DNA from: an uncultured Clostridium sp.
GTDB lineage: Bacteria > Bacillota > Clostridia > TANB77 > CAG-508
Direction of reading: 5' to 3'
NCBI GenBank assembly: GCA_958413095.1
Contig: CATYUF010000002.1
Coordinates: 5,439-69,438, forward strand
Length of the DNA: 64,000 bases
Shown here piece after piece: positions 40,558 to 50,903 of this stretch. Positions within the stretch are counted from its first letter, which is position 1; each line of letters opens with the position of its first letter. The notes beneath the pieces are model-generated. The model ran no database searches, was not told the DNA's origin, and saw only the letters and a program-made list of their open reading frames with translations. The translations under genes were made by a program, and so were the position numbers.

Positions 40558-41568
40558 TCATTTTATAAAACTACTTCTTGGAAAAATAATTTTTATTTCT
40601 GTTCCTAAATTAATTTCAGAATTTAGCTCTATCCCTAATCCTAATCTAGTACAAAGTACCTTGCATAAATACAGTCCTAATCCTGTTGATTTTTTTCCAT
40701 CTATTCTTCCATTTTCTCCTGTAAAGCCTTTTTCAAATACTCTTGTTATTTCTCCTTTTTTTATTCCTATTCCATTGTCTTTTATATGTAGTATAACTTT
40801 TTCTTTTTTATCTTCACTATATATCTCTATTTTTTTATTTTCTTTTTGACTATATTTTATTGAATTTTGTATTATTTGATTTAGAATAAATGTGCACCAT
40901 TTGTTATCTGTATAAACTTCTTTTTCTATATCATGTATTTCTAAATTAATTTTATTTTGTAATAAATTTCTTTTATTTTTTAAAATTGCTGTATTTACTA
41001 TTTCTTTTAAGCTAGTTTTTCTTATATAATAATCTTTTTCAACATTATTGCTTCTTGCATAATAAAGAGCTTGTTCAATATAGTTTTCTATTTTATCTAA
41101 TTCTTCATTTATACTTTTTGTTGCTTCTGATGGATTATTTTCTATTATTAATTTACTTGTTGCTATTGGTATTTTTATCTCATGAATCCATAATTCTATA
41201 TATTCTTTATAATCTTCTTGTAAATATTTATATTTATTCACATTTTCTAGCATTGACTTTCCAGCATCTTGAATTATATCTTTTGTTTTCTTGCCTTCTA
41301 CAAAATTTGGCATTTCCATTAGTTCAGATATTAAATATTTCTCATCTAATTCTTCTAATTTTTCATTAATTCTCTTGTAATATTTATTTTTAGTCCAATA
41401 CTCTATTATTAATGCTATTATAAATAAAATTATTGGAATTATTCCTATACAAACTCTCACATATAATGTTGTATTGACTGTTAATAAAAATGTTTGTACT
41501 GCAAATATACTTAGAATTAAAAATATTATATATATTACCTTATCTTTTATAAAATTTTTGAAACTCAT
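40558..41568 (-). CDS. BceS-type intramembrane-sensing histidine kinase, module 2
   Basis: 336 aa. Two N-terminal TM helices, H-box WIHEIKIPI, ...DNGIGI...GLGLY. Confidence 0.88.
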   Translation of the reverse strand: MSFKNFIKDKVIYIIFLILSIFAVQTFLLTVNTTLYVRVCIGIIPIILFIIALIIEYWTKNKYYKRINEKLEELDEKYLISELMEMPNFVEGKKTKDIIQDAGKSMLENVNKYKYLQEDYKEYIELWIHEIKIPIATSKLIIENNPSEATKSINEELDKIENYIEQALYYARSNNVEKDYYIRKTSLKEIVNTAILKNKRNLLQNKINLEIHDIEKEVYTDNKWCTFILNQIIQNSIKYSQKENKKIEIYSEDKKEKVILHIKDNGIGIKKGEITRVFEKGFTGENGRIDGKKSTGLGLYLCKVLCTRLGLGIELNSEINLGTEIKIIFPRSSFIK

Positions 41569-42236
41569 TTTAACATATACCCCTGTCCTCTTTTTGTTTC
41601 TATTCTATCTTGTAAACCTATTTCATCTAGTTTTGTTCTTAATCTTGTCATATTTACAGTTAGTGTATTATCATCTATAAAACTTTCACTATCCCATAAA
41701 TAATTTATTATTTCATCTCTTGAAACTATTTGGCCTTTTTTTAAAGCTAAATAGTGTAAAATTTTTAATTCATTTTTTGTCAACTCTTTTTGTTCATCAC
41801 CTCTTTCTATACAACTCTTTGATATATTTAAAATAAAATCATTACAATTTATCTTATTGGGGTTACCTTCATTATTTTGAGTTCTTTTCAAAAGACCTGC
41901 TATTTTTGCTAATAATATTTGAACATTATATGGTTTTACAACATATTGATCTGCACCATTATTTAAACTTATTAATTCATCAATTTCACTATTTCTACTT
42001 GTTACCATTATTATTGGCAAATTTGAAACTTTTCTAATTTCTTTGCATATATATTCTCCATCTGTATATGGTAAATTTATGTCTAGCAATATTAAATCTG
42101 CATTTTCTTTTAATATATCTTGTATTGCATTTTCAAATTCTTCTAATATTTTAACTTCATATCCATTCTTTTCTAAAAAAATTTTTAATTCTTTTCTTAG
42201 TTTTTCATCATCTTCTACTATTAATATTTTTGACAT
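41565..42236 (-). CDS. OmpR/BceR-family response regulator, module 2
   Basis: 223 aa. ILIVEDD...LLDINLP... plus ...TLTVNMTRLRTKLDE....IETKRGQGY. Confidence 0.92.
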   Translation of the reverse strand: MSKILIVEDDEKLRKELKIFLEKNGYEVKILEEFENAIQDILKENADLILLDINLPYTDGEYICKEIRKVSNLPIIMVTSRNSEIDELISLNNGADQYVVKPYNVQILLAKIAGLLKRTQNNEGNPNKINCNDFILNISKSCIERGDEQKELTKNELKILHYLALKKGQIVSRDEIINYLWDSESFIDDNTLTVNMTRLRTKLDEIGLQDRIETKRGQGYMLK

Positions 42237-42423
42237 TGTTTTCTCCTTTATTTAGAGTTTATTTACTTTTTCTTATTGTATAGAAAAATCATCTTTTTTT
42301 CACATTATAGCATATAAAAAAATAAAATTAAACAATTTCATTAAATTACTAGACATTTGTTTTATTTTTGTGATATTATTGTGTATGAACTTAAGAGAAT
42401 TTATTTATGGAGGTAATTTAATT

Positions 42424-42846
42424 ATGTCAAAAAAATTAAAAATATTATTAATTTTACTAATATCTTTTGTTTTAGTAAGTTTTTCAACATCTACATATGC
42501 TGTTAATATGGATTTAACTGATGATGAAGGTTCTACAAGTAATGAAGAAACATCTAATACAGGTAATACTGTTTCATCAGAAAATACTTCTAATACATCT
42601 ACAAATGAATCCAGTAATTCTTCTAATGACACTACAAATTCAATAGATTCAGAAAATACTAATACAACTTCAAACACTTCTTCAACAGGTAATAAAACTA
42701 CTACTCCACCAGTTACACAAACTGTTGCCGGAAGTCAATCTAGTGGTGAATTACAAATTTCTGATATTTTAAATATATTATTAATCGTAATTGGAGTTTT
42801 ATTAATTTTATTAGGAATTGCTATATTGATTAGATTAAAAAAATAG
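42424..42846 (+). CDS. Secreted Ser/Thr/Asn-rich low-complexity protein with a C-terminal TM anchor
   Basis: ATG at 42424 after ggagg. Signal peptide MSKKLKILLILLISFVLVSFSTSTYA, then an S/T/N-rich region, then the hydrophobic tail ILNILLIVIGVLLILLGIAILIRLKK. Confidence 0.6.
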   Translation: MSKKLKILLILLISFVLVSFSTSTYAVNMDLTDDEGSTSNEETSNTGNTVSSENTSNTSTNESSNSSNDTTNSIDSENTNTTSNTSSTGNKTTTPPVTQTVAGSQSSGELQISDILNILLIVIGVLLILLGIAILIRLKK

Positions 42847-43037
42847 ATTTTAAATTTTGTACCAAATCTTATAAAAGTATTAAGATTTGGTATTTTTTAG
42901 TTATGGAATTTTACATTTATATCTTTTTTATTTTATGTATATTTTACTCTTTTTTTTCAATACTATTATTATATCTTATTTGCTAATAATTTATTAAAAA
43001 TATTAGTAAATATATTAATAAAAAGGAGGCAAATTTT

Positions 43038-43523
43038 ATGCATAAAAAATTATTTATTACTTTAGCATTAATCACATGTGTTGTTATGTTTTTTGCTACT
43101 AGTTGTTTTGCAGCAGATGGCGCAATGCATGATATGGGTGAATCAGCAAAAAATATAGCTGAAGATGTTAAAAATGGTGTATCTGGTGCAATAAATAATG
43201 TTGAAGGAACTACTAGAAATACTGCTGAAGATATATCTAATGGTTCTAAAAATGTAACAGGTTCTATGGAAAATACTATGAGCAATGCTAGTAATACTGT
43301 AACTGAGGGGATGAATAATACTTCTAGAGAAATGAATGATGGTATGAATAATAATACTTATAGTGCTACAAGAACTTCTGCTGATGGTACAACTACTTTT
43401 ATGGGTATGGGTGCTACTGCTTGGACTTGGCTAATACTTGGTATAGCTGCATTAGCAATTATTGCTGCCGTTTGGTATTATTCAATGCAAACCAATTCTT
43501 CTAAGTATAATAATAGAAGATAA
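43038..43523 (+). CDS. Secreted Asn/Met/Gly-rich repeat protein with a C-terminal TM anchor
   Basis: SD aaaaggagg. Signal peptide, repeated N.(S/T)...(D/E).(S/M)NG-type units, and a C-terminal helix WTWLILGIAALAIIAAVWYY. Confidence 0.6.
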   Translation: MHKKLFITLALITCVVMFFATSCFAADGAMHDMGESAKNIAEDVKNGVSGAINNVEGTTRNTAEDISNGSKNVTGSMENTMSNASNTVTEGMNNTSREMNDGMNNNTYSATRTSADGTTTFMGMGATAWTWLILGIAALAIIAAVWYYSMQTNSSKYNNRR

Positions 43524-43985
43524 TATTTTATTATTTTAATAACATTATTATTAAATGATATATCTAAATAAATATATTAAAAAGACTAAAATTACTACTA
43601 ATGATATATCTAATGATTTTAATAGATGTCATAAAATAAAAATATAAAAATAAAAACTTTAAGTTTAATTTTTTCCTTTTATTTTTACTTTATGACATCT
43701 TAATTTTGTATAAAAATAAATTTATTTTAATTTTTCATTTTATATTAATTATATTTATGCTATAATACTTTATATAATAAAAGTTCTCATCAGTCTTTTT
43801 TTAGGTTACTTTTATTTATTGTATATAAAAAATCTTATATAGGAGCAATGCAAAATCTAATTTTTCCTATACAATAAAAATAAATAATTTTACATAGTAG
43901 AGAAATAATGAAATTAAATAAAATTTAAATATCATATCTCAAAAAATATTTTAAAAAACAAAATTAGGAGGATTTATAATTATAT

Positions 43986-44444
43986 ATGAATACAAAATTA
44001 ATAGCTAAAAACCCTACTGCATATCACAATTATAATATCGAAAATAAATTAGAAGCTGGTATAGTTCTTTATGGTACTGAAATTAAATCTATTCGAAATG
44101 GTAAAGCTAATTTAAAAGATAGCTATGCTAACATTAAAAATGGAGAAGTATTTGTTTATGGAATGCACATTAGTCCTTATGAACATGGTAATATATTTAA
44201 TAAAGACCCTTTAAGAGCTAGAAAATTACTTTTAAATAAAAAAGAAATTAATAAATTAGTTGGTCTGATTAATCAAAAAGGTTATAGCTTAATTCCTTTG
44301 AATATGTATTTTAAAGGAAATCTAGTTAAATTAGAATTAGGTATTGGTAAAGGAAAAAAACTTTATGACAAAAGACAAGATTTAGCTAAAAAAGATGCTC
44401 AAAGGCAAATTGACATAAATTTAAAATCTAAAAATTATAGCTAA
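43986..44444 (+). CDS. smpB: SsrA-binding protein
   Basis: 152 aa. Contains ...A.NP.A.H.Y.I....[24 protein letters not shown]......E....[10 protein letters not shown].....DP.R.RKLLL.K.EI. Confidence 0.95.
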   Translation: MNTKLIAKNPTAYHNYNIENKLEAGIVLYGTEIKSIRNGKANLKDSYANIKNGEVFVYGMHISPYEHGNIFNKDPLRARKLLLNKKEINKLVGLINQKGYSLIPLNMYFKGNLVKLELGIGKGKKLYDKRQDLAKKDAQRQIDINLKSKNYS

Positions 44445-44576
44445 AATTCACTATTATCAGCTATTTCCAGCGACTAATTTGTAGAATCTATTATATAGTA
44501 TCAAAATTATTAACTTTATATTATCCAACTTTATATAAAATTATATTTATATTATATACTTTTTTCATGCATAAAA

Positions 44577-44617
44577 AATAACTATCTTAGAAATTTAATA
44601 TTCTAAAATAGTTATTT
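44577..44617. terminator. Imperfect hairpin between convergent smpB and fba
   Basis: AATAACTATCTTAGAA...TTCTAAAATAGTTATT with flanking A- and T-runs. Confidence 0.4.
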
Positions 44618-44691
44618 TTATTATATAAGAAATATTTTTTTAATTTCAATTTTTACAACATAAATTAAAATTATTAGTTCCTCTACTTTTC

Positions 44692-45621
44692 TTATATTTT
44701 ATTACTTGACCCAAACACATCTTTCATTTTATGTGATACTGTTTCTTTTACCAATTCTCTTGCAGGTGTCAAATATTTTCTTGGATCAAATGCATTTGGT
44801 TCTTCTTTTAATACTTTTCTTATTCCAGCAGTTAAAGCTAATCTTAAATCTGTATCAACATTGATTTTTGAAACTCCTGATTTACTTGCTTCTTTTAATA
44901 TTTCATCTGGCACACCTTTAGCTCCAGGAATATTTCCACCATATTCATTACACATTTCTACTAATTCAGGTATAACTGTTGAAGCTCCATGTAATACTAT
45001 TGGAGTATTTGGTATTCTTTCTTTTATTTCTTTTAATATATCAAATCTTAATTTTGCTTCTCCTTTAAATTTATATGCTCCATGACTTGTTCCAATAGCT
45101 ATTGCTAATGAATCACATCCTGTTCTTCTTACAAATTCTTCTGCTTGTTCTGGATCAGTATACATTGCATCTGATTCTGATACATTTACATCATCTTCAA
45201 TTCCAGCTAATTTTCCAAGTTCAGCTTCTACAACTACTCCTTTACTATGAGCATAGTCAACTACTTTTTTTGTTAATGCAACATTTTCCTCAAAATCATA
45301 TTTTGAACCATCAATCATTACAGATGTGAATCCATTATCTATACACATTTTTGCTGTTTCAAAGTCTGGACCATGGTCTAAATGTATTGCTACTGGCACT
45401 TCTGGATGTTCTTCTACTGCTGCTTCTACCATTTTCATTAAATATCCTATTCTTGCATATTTTATTGCACTAGATGAAGCTTGTAATATTACTGGTGATT
45501 TATTTTCTGCTGCTGCATCCATTATCGCTTGTACTATTTCCATATTATTTACATTAAATGCCCCTATTGCAAATCCTTCTTTCATTGATTTTTCAAACAT
45601 TTCTTTTGTTGTAACTAACAT
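44692..45621 (-). CDS. fba: Class II fructose-1,6-bisphosphate aldolase
   Basis: Motifs PVILQASSSAIKY, HLDHG, LHGASTV and KINVDTDLR. Start at the ATG at 45621 after ggagg. Confidence 0.93.
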   Translation of the reverse strand: MLVTTKEMFEKSMKEGFAIGAFNVNNMEIVQAIMDAAAENKSPVILQASSSAIKYARIGYLMKMVEAAVEEHPEVPVAIHLDHGPDFETAKMCIDNGFTSVMIDGSKYDFEENVALTKKVVDYAHSKGVVVEAELGKLAGIEDDVNVSESDAMYTDPEQAEEFVRRTGCDSLAIAIGTSHGAYKFKGEAKLRFDILKEIKERIPNTPIVLHGASTVIPELVEMCNEYGGNIPGAKGVPDEILKEASKSGVSKINVDTDLRLALTAGIRKVLKEEPNAFDPRKYLTPARELVKETVSHKMKDVFGSSNKI

Positions 45622-45715
45622 AATCTTTTCCTCCATTTCCGGCTTTTGCCTTTGTTTTGCTATTGCTATTTTATTTCTTATTTTCTAATATGTCAAGAAA
45701 AAAATGAGAAGAAAA

Positions 45716-45883
45716 TTAATTCTTCTCATAAATATAACTTGAACACATAGATTCATCTGCCTTTTTAGTTTTACAATTCTCTATCGGAGCCACCTGTATC
45801 GCTTGCAATTTGCATAAATTTTTGTTTTTTTCATTATATTTGCAACTTTCTACTGTGCAATGTATTTTTTGATTTCCTTCCAT
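45716..45883 (-). CDS. DUF1540-like small Cys-rich protein (55 aa)
   Basis: Not in the track. My translation is MEGNQKIHCTVESCKYNEKNKNLCKLQAIQVAPIENCKTKKADESMCSSYIYEKN. The C-V-x-x-C-x-Y ... C ... I-x-V ... C pattern resembles DUF1540. Confidence 0.55.
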   Translation of the reverse strand: MEGNQKIHCTVESCKYNEKNKNLCKLQAIQVAPIENCKTKKADESMCSSYIYEKN

Positions 45884-46186
45884 TTTATCATCTTCCTTTC
45901 CTTTTTAGAAATAAATTAAAAAAATAAATTCTAAGTTTTTGATTTCATTAAAGCTACTATTTTGCTTTTACTTTTTTAGCAAATAATATCGTTATCCATT
46001 TACTATTATGTGAATATTTTTTATTTATATTCAATATTTAAGTTTTAATATAATTTATAAATATATTTATTATGAATTATATTATATTTTAATATCTAAA
46101 TTTTTATAATAAAACTGTTTTCTTCATTGTTTATATTGTTTTTTATTTATATCAAAGCACACAATTCAATAATGTTTAAACTCATA

Positions 46187-47743
46187 TTATAATTTTGAAA
46201 TATCTATTATATCCAAATCGTCATATGCTGGTTCTACTATATTTTTTCCTTTATAATTAAATCGTGAACCATGGCAAGGACAGTCCCAAGTTTTCTCAAC
46301 TTGATTCCATACAAGCAAGCAACCTAAATGCGTACATTTAGGATTTACTGCATATATTTCTCCTTTTTCGTCCTTGTATATTCCTACCTTTCTACCATTT
46401 ACTTCAATTATTCCTCCTGTTTCTTTTTTTATTTTCTTTTCTACTACATCTTTTTCTTTCAATTTATTTATAACTAATGCCTTACTAGAATCTACTAACA
46501 TATTTTTCATTTCTTCATGATTTTTTATTGGTTGCATTCTTGAAGCCAAAAATATATCTTTATATTCATTTTTTCTGCCTACTATATCATCTACAATTAT
46601 ATCAACTGCAACAGATGATAAAGTCATTCCCCATTTTTTAAATCCTGTTGCTACATAAACATTTGGTAATAAGTTAGATGCTTGTCCTATATATGGTAAT
46701 TTATCCAATGTTATACAATCTTGAGCATTCCATTTTGCTAATATTTTAGCATCAGGATAATATTCTCTTGCAAATTTTTCTAATCTTCCATAACTTTCCT
46801 CATATGTTGTCTCTTTACCCGTTTTATTATCTCCACCACCTATTAATAGCACATCTTTTCCATTATATTTCGCCTTTCTTATTGTTATATTTGGATTACT
46901 TATACTTATATACATGCCACTTGGTAATTCTTTTTTAGTTTCAATAGCAATTAAATATGACATTGATTGATACATTTTAGCTGAATATAGCCCTTTAACT
47001 TTAAAAAATGGATAATGACTTGACATTATTACATATGATGCAGATATTGAAAAATTATCTGTTTCTACTATATATTTTTCGTTTTCTCCTTTCTTTATTT
47101 CCTTTGCTATTGTATGTGTATAAATTTTATTTCCTTTCTCTTCAATATATTTAACTAATCCATTTATATATTTTATTGGATGGAATTGTGCTTGCTCTTT
47201 AAAACATATTCCTCCTTCTATTTTAAAAGGTAAATCAATATCTGTTACATACTCGCATTTATAATTTAGATTTTTTAATGTTTTTATTTCTTTTTCAAGC
47301 TGTTCTATTTCTTCTTTTTTAGTAGTATAAATGTAACTATTTAGTCTTTCAAAATCACATTCTATATTTTCATTTTTTATTCTACTTTCAATTTTATTAA
47401 TTGCATTTTCATTTGCTTCTAAATATTTTTTTGCTGTATCAATGCTAAATGATTCTTCTAAGTAATTGTAAAAGCTGTCATGTTGACTTGTTATTTTTCC
47501 CGTTGTTCTACCGGTTGTTCCTGAGCCAATTTCATTTTTTTCTATTATAGAAACAGTATAACCTAATTTTGATAATTCGTAACCACAAGTAACTCCCGTT
47601 ATTCCTGCTCCTATTATACATACATCTACTTCTTTTTTAGTTTCTTTTGTATTTTCATATTCTTGCTTTATTTTATCTTTTTGATTGTTTTCTAAATTAT
47701 TTCTATTATCGTTTATTTTATCTTGCCATATAGATTTTCTCAT
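46187..47743 (-). CDS. FAD-dependent oxidoreductase fused to a C-terminal Rieske [2Fe-2S] domain
   Basis: 518 aa. Dinucleotide motif VCIIGAGITGVT and Rieske motifs CTHLGC...CPCHGSRF. Confidence 0.85.
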   Translation of the reverse strand: MRKSIWQDKINDNRNNLENNQKDKIKQEYENTKETKKEVDVCIIGAGITGVTCGYELSKLGYTVSIIEKNEIGSGTTGRTTGKITSQHDSFYNYLEESFSIDTAKKYLEANENAINKIESRIKNENIECDFERLNSYIYTTKKEEIEQLEKEIKTLKNLNYKCEYVTDIDLPFKIEGGICFKEQAQFHPIKYINGLVKYIEEKGNKIYTHTIAKEIKKGENEKYIVETDNFSISASYVIMSSHYPFFKVKGLYSAKMYQSMSYLIAIETKKELPSGMYISISNPNITIRKAKYNGKDVLLIGGGDNKTGKETTYEESYGRLEKFAREYYPDAKILAKWNAQDCITLDKLPYIGQASNLLPNVYVATGFKKWGMTLSSVAVDIIVDDIVGRKNEYKDIFLASRMQPIKNHEEMKNMLVDSSKALVINKLKEKDVVEKKIKKETGGIIEVNGRKVGIYKDEKGEIYAVNPKCTHLGCLLVWNQVEKTWDCPCHGSRFNYKGKNIVEPAYDDLDIIDISKL

Positions 47744-47918
47744 AATCGTGTCCTTTCTAATATTTTACTATACTTAGTATTAACACAATTATAGATTTTA
47801 TAATTTTATTTTATGATATATTAATATTTTTGATAATAACATTACTATATTATTCTTTTTATTTTATAACTAATCAAAAAACTATCTTTGAATTTAAAAT
47901 TCCAAAGATAGTTTTCAG

Positions 47919-48364
47919 CTAATCTATTTCCTTTTTGCATTTTTCTTCTATATTTTTAAAACCTAAATACCAACTTATTCCATTTCTATCTTCTCTCATT
48001 TGATTCGCTCTTTCCTGTAACTCACAATATGTTTTTGGCATTGGCATTATCACTGGTTGATTTGGAATCCAATTTGCAGCAGTCATTCCTTTACTACATT
48101 CTGATACTTGCAGTGCTTGTATTGTTCTTATTATTTCTGGTATAAATCTTCCTACATTCATTGGATATACAAATATTGTCCTTATTATTCCTCTATCATC
48201 TATTATATATACGTTTCTCACCGTTTCTGTATTACTAATATCATTTGATATCATTCCATATTTTCTTGCTATTTCTCCATTTCTATCTGCTATTATTGGA
48301 AATGATATTTGTATTCCTGTTTTGCAATATATATCATATACCCATGCTAGATGTGATGCATTAC
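47919..48364 (-). pseudogene. 3' portion (codons 81 to end) of a split 1-Cys (Prx6-type) peroxiredoxin gene
   Basis: The minus frame from 48362 reads NASHLAWVYDIYCKTGIQISFPIIADRNGEIARKYGMISNDISNTETVRNVYIIDDRGIIRTIFVYPMNVGRFIPEIIRTIQALQ... with no start codon or SD of its own. It continues the 60800..61084 fragment exactly. Confidence 0.88.
48342..48364. repeat. attL core CCATGCTAGATGTGATGCATTAC
   Basis: Direct repeat of 60824-60846 with a single T/A difference at core position 7. Confidence 0.8.
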
Positions 48365-48430
48365 CAAAGTTACCATTTTTTACACTCTAGGAAATCACAT
48401 TTCCTGAATGTGTTGTTTTGCTTATTCTAC

Positions 48431-50080
48431 TTAAGCACTTTCTATAAATTTCACATTATTTAATTGTTCTTTTATAATGTTTAATTCTGAAAAATTAAAG
48501 TATATATAGATATTTTTAAATTCATCTAATTCTATTTTGTTAATTAATTCAAATAATATTTTTCTGTTTAAATTTTCTTTTTTAAAACTTAAAAAGTTTT
48601 CTATGATTTTATCAATATTCTCTTTATTTTTATTTTTTCGTTTTTTCTCTTTAATTATGCAAATCTTTTCTTCAATACTTTTCTTTTGATTATTTAATTT
48701 TTCTCTTTCTTCTAAAAAAATTCTTGAATACCTAAAATAATCATCATTTGATATAATGCCATTCAAATTATCAAAATACATTTTATCTATTTTTTTTGTA
48801 ACATCTTCAATTTTTTTTATAACATTAGATAAATTCTGTTCTTCTTTTTTTATAATTAAATTGTAATTATCTTTACTTTTTTCATAAATTAATTTCAAAG
48901 CATTTTTATCATAATGTAAAAGGCAAATTTCTTTTATTTGATTAATCACTCTACTTTCAAATTTACTATAATTATAATTACAAGTCCTACATTTTTTATC
49001 TTTCCCCCTTGCTAAAGCACAATCTACATATCCTATTTTTTTCTTTTTACCTCTGTAGCAAATTCTTAACTGCCTTCCGCAATTATGACAAAATATTAGT
49101 CCTTTTAGTAATTCATCATGCTTTGGTGCTGACATACTTTTTCTACTTTTTAAAATTTCTTGTACTTTAGTAAATAATTTTTTTGATATAATCGCTTCAT
49201 GAGTATTTTCAACTCTTATGTATTCGCTTTCAACCTTTTGCTTTCTTTTCTTAACTTTATAAGATACAGATACACACTTATTTTGAACTGTATTTCCAAT
49301 ATAGGCTTCATTTATTAATATCGCTCTTATTGATTTAGGACTCCATGTTGTTCTTTGATGCTTTTGATTTAAATATTTACTAGGAGGATCTATTCCCTCT
49401 TTATCTAAAATGTTTGAAATTTTCTGAACTCCATTTCCTTCTGAATACAGTTCAAATATCTTTTCTATTACATAAGATACATTTTCATCTATTTCTAACT
49501 TATTCTTATGTGTTTTACTTTTTCTATAGCCATATGGTGCAACACTACCTAAGTATTCACCTTTTAACTCTTTTTCTCTTAGTACTCCTTTAATTTTTTT
49601 TGAAATATCTTTTGCATACATATCATTTATAATTGCTTTAAATGGTGTTACATCATTATTTGTACTGTCTATAAATGTGTCTATTCCATCAAGGATTGAA
49701 ACATATCTTACATTTTTTTCTGGAAAATAATTCTCAATATAATAACCTGTTTTTATGTAATCTCTCCCTAATCTTGATAAATCTTTAGTTATAACCATAT
49801 TTATTTTTTTATTTTCAATATCCTCAATCATCCTATTAAAATTTGGTCTATCAAAAGTTGTTCCAGAAATACCATCATCTTTGTATTCATCTATAAATAT
49901 AAGCCTATTTTCCTTTATATATCTTTGCAATATATCCCTTTGATTTGATATACTATCACTTTCTAGCTTGTCGCCATCTTCACGAGATAAACGAATATAA
50001 ATGCCTACTTTGAAAATTTTATTAAACTCTATTCCGATTGCTAAAAACCATTTTTTCACGCTCCCTTTTGTTCCTAGCAA
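48431..50080 (-). CDS. Large serine recombinase (resolvase/invertase N-domain, recombinase domain, zinc ribbon, coiled coil)
   Basis: 549 aa. Catalytic region VGIYIRLSREDGD...SISNQRDIL, ...GISGTTFDRP.F..M, ...KDLSRLGRD, a Cys4 ribbon (CHNCGRQL...C...C..C) and a Lys/Glu-rich coiled C-terminus. TTG/GTG start is uncertain. Confidence 0.92.
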   Translation of the reverse strand: MLGTKGSVKKWFLAIGIEFNKIFKVGIYIRLSREDGDKLESDSISNQRDILQRYIKENRLIFIDEYKDDGISGTTFDRPNFNRMIEDIENKKINMVITKDLSRLGRDYIKTGYYIENYFPEKNVRYVSILDGIDTFIDSTNNDVTPFKAIINDMYAKDISKKIKGVLREKELKGEYLGSVAPYGYRKSKTHKNKLEIDENVSYVIEKIFELYSEGNGVQKISNILDKEGIDPPSKYLNQKHQRTTWSPKSIRAILINEAYIGNTVQNKCVSVSYKVKKRKQKVESEYIRVENTHEAIISKKLFTKVQEILKSRKSMSAPKHDELLKGLIFCHNCGRQLRICYRGKKKKIGYVDCALARGKDKKCRTCNYNYSKFESRVINQIKEICLLHYDKNALKLIYEKSKDNYNLIIKKEEQNLSNVIKKIEDVTKKIDKMYFDNLNGIISNDDYFRYSRIFLEEREKLNNQKKSIEEKICIIKEKKRKNKNKENIDKIIENFLSFKKENLNRKILFELINKIELDEFKNIYIYFNFSELNIIKEQLNNVKFIESA

Positions 50081-50112
50081 TCACCTGCTTAGAAACTATT
50101 TTAAACTGTAAT

Positions 50113-50253
50113 CTAGTTTTTTTCAAGTTTTTTTTGGTCTTTTATTCGGTCTTTTAAATAAATTTCAAATGCCTTACCAATACTTTCATTTATTTCACCT
50201 TTTGTAGAATCAAATATACAAAATATCTTGCCTTCTTCCTCTTGTTCTTTCAT
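50113..50253 (-). CDS. 46-aa hypothetical protein immediately upstream of the recombinase gene
   Basis: Not in the track. My translation is MKEQEEEGKIFCIFDSTKGEINESIGKAFEIYLKDRIKDQKKLEKN. The SD is weak. Confidence 0.3.
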   Translation of the reverse strand: MKEQEEEGKIFCIFDSTKGEINESIGKAFEIYLKDRIKDQKKLEKN

Positions 50254-50428
50254 GCCACACCTTCTTTAAAATATGCTTTTTCTAATATGTATGCTTAAAA
50301 TTTAATAAAAATTATATTGATTTTTTCACATAACAAAAATAAGTGAAAGAGTTTCTTACCCATTCACTTATTTGCTCATAAAATTTGATTTTGTCCTCCC
50401 TGTTTTTCAAAAATTTTTTCAATTCTAA

Positions 50429-50566
50429 TTAGTATCCATACTTCTCTTGCATTTTTTTGAAAACATTCCTTGCATCATGTACTTTTCCTTCTTTATATTC
50501 TTTTTTGCTCTTTTCAAGTTTATTTGAAAAGTTTTCAAAATCTTTAATATTCATTTCTCTTTGCAT
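50429..50566 (-). CDS. 45-aa hypothetical protein (C-terminus reminiscent of small antitoxin/RHH-type proteins)
   Basis: Not in the track. My translation is MQREMNIKDFENFSNKLEKSKKEYKEGKVHDARNVFKKMQEKYGY. No convincing SD. Confidence 0.25.
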   Translation of the reverse strand: MQREMNIKDFENFSNKLEKSKKEYKEGKVHDARNVFKKMQEKYGY

Positions 50567-50830
50567 TTTTTCGCAACCTTTCTTCTATTTAATGTTTATT
50601 TTTATAATTTACTAAGTCTTAATCATTGTTTAAAAAATTCTGTTTTTTATATCTCTTTTTAATATGTTTGCATTTTTCTCCGAAAAACATCCCTTAATTC
50701 TTGCTAAATTTATTAATGACATTGCATTACTGTAATAATTTTTTGATTCTACTACTACTAATTCAAATAGCACATAATATGAAATTGTAAAATCATAATT
50801 ATTTGATATCTCACAATAAAAATAAAAGGT

Positions 50831-50863
50831 AAACGGAGAACATTAATAAAATGTTCTCCGTTT
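50831..50863 (-). terminator. Intrinsic terminator after the Erm/KsgA-like gene
   Basis: AAACGGAGAACAT-taataaa-ATGTTCTCCGTTT, a perfect 13-bp stem followed on the minus strand by a T-rich tract. Confidence 0.7.
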
Positions 50864-50903
50864 TAGGTAATTACTCAATTACCTTTAATTAGTTTGCATT
50901 CTG

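Noticed and set aside
44445-44691. Looked for tmRNA (ssrA) directly downstream of smpB, its usual position in many Firmicutes.
   Set aside because: There is no GGGG...-type 5' end, no tRNA-like acceptor/T-arm and no tag ORF. The region is very AT-rich and holds only a weak hairpin, so ssrA must be elsewhere.
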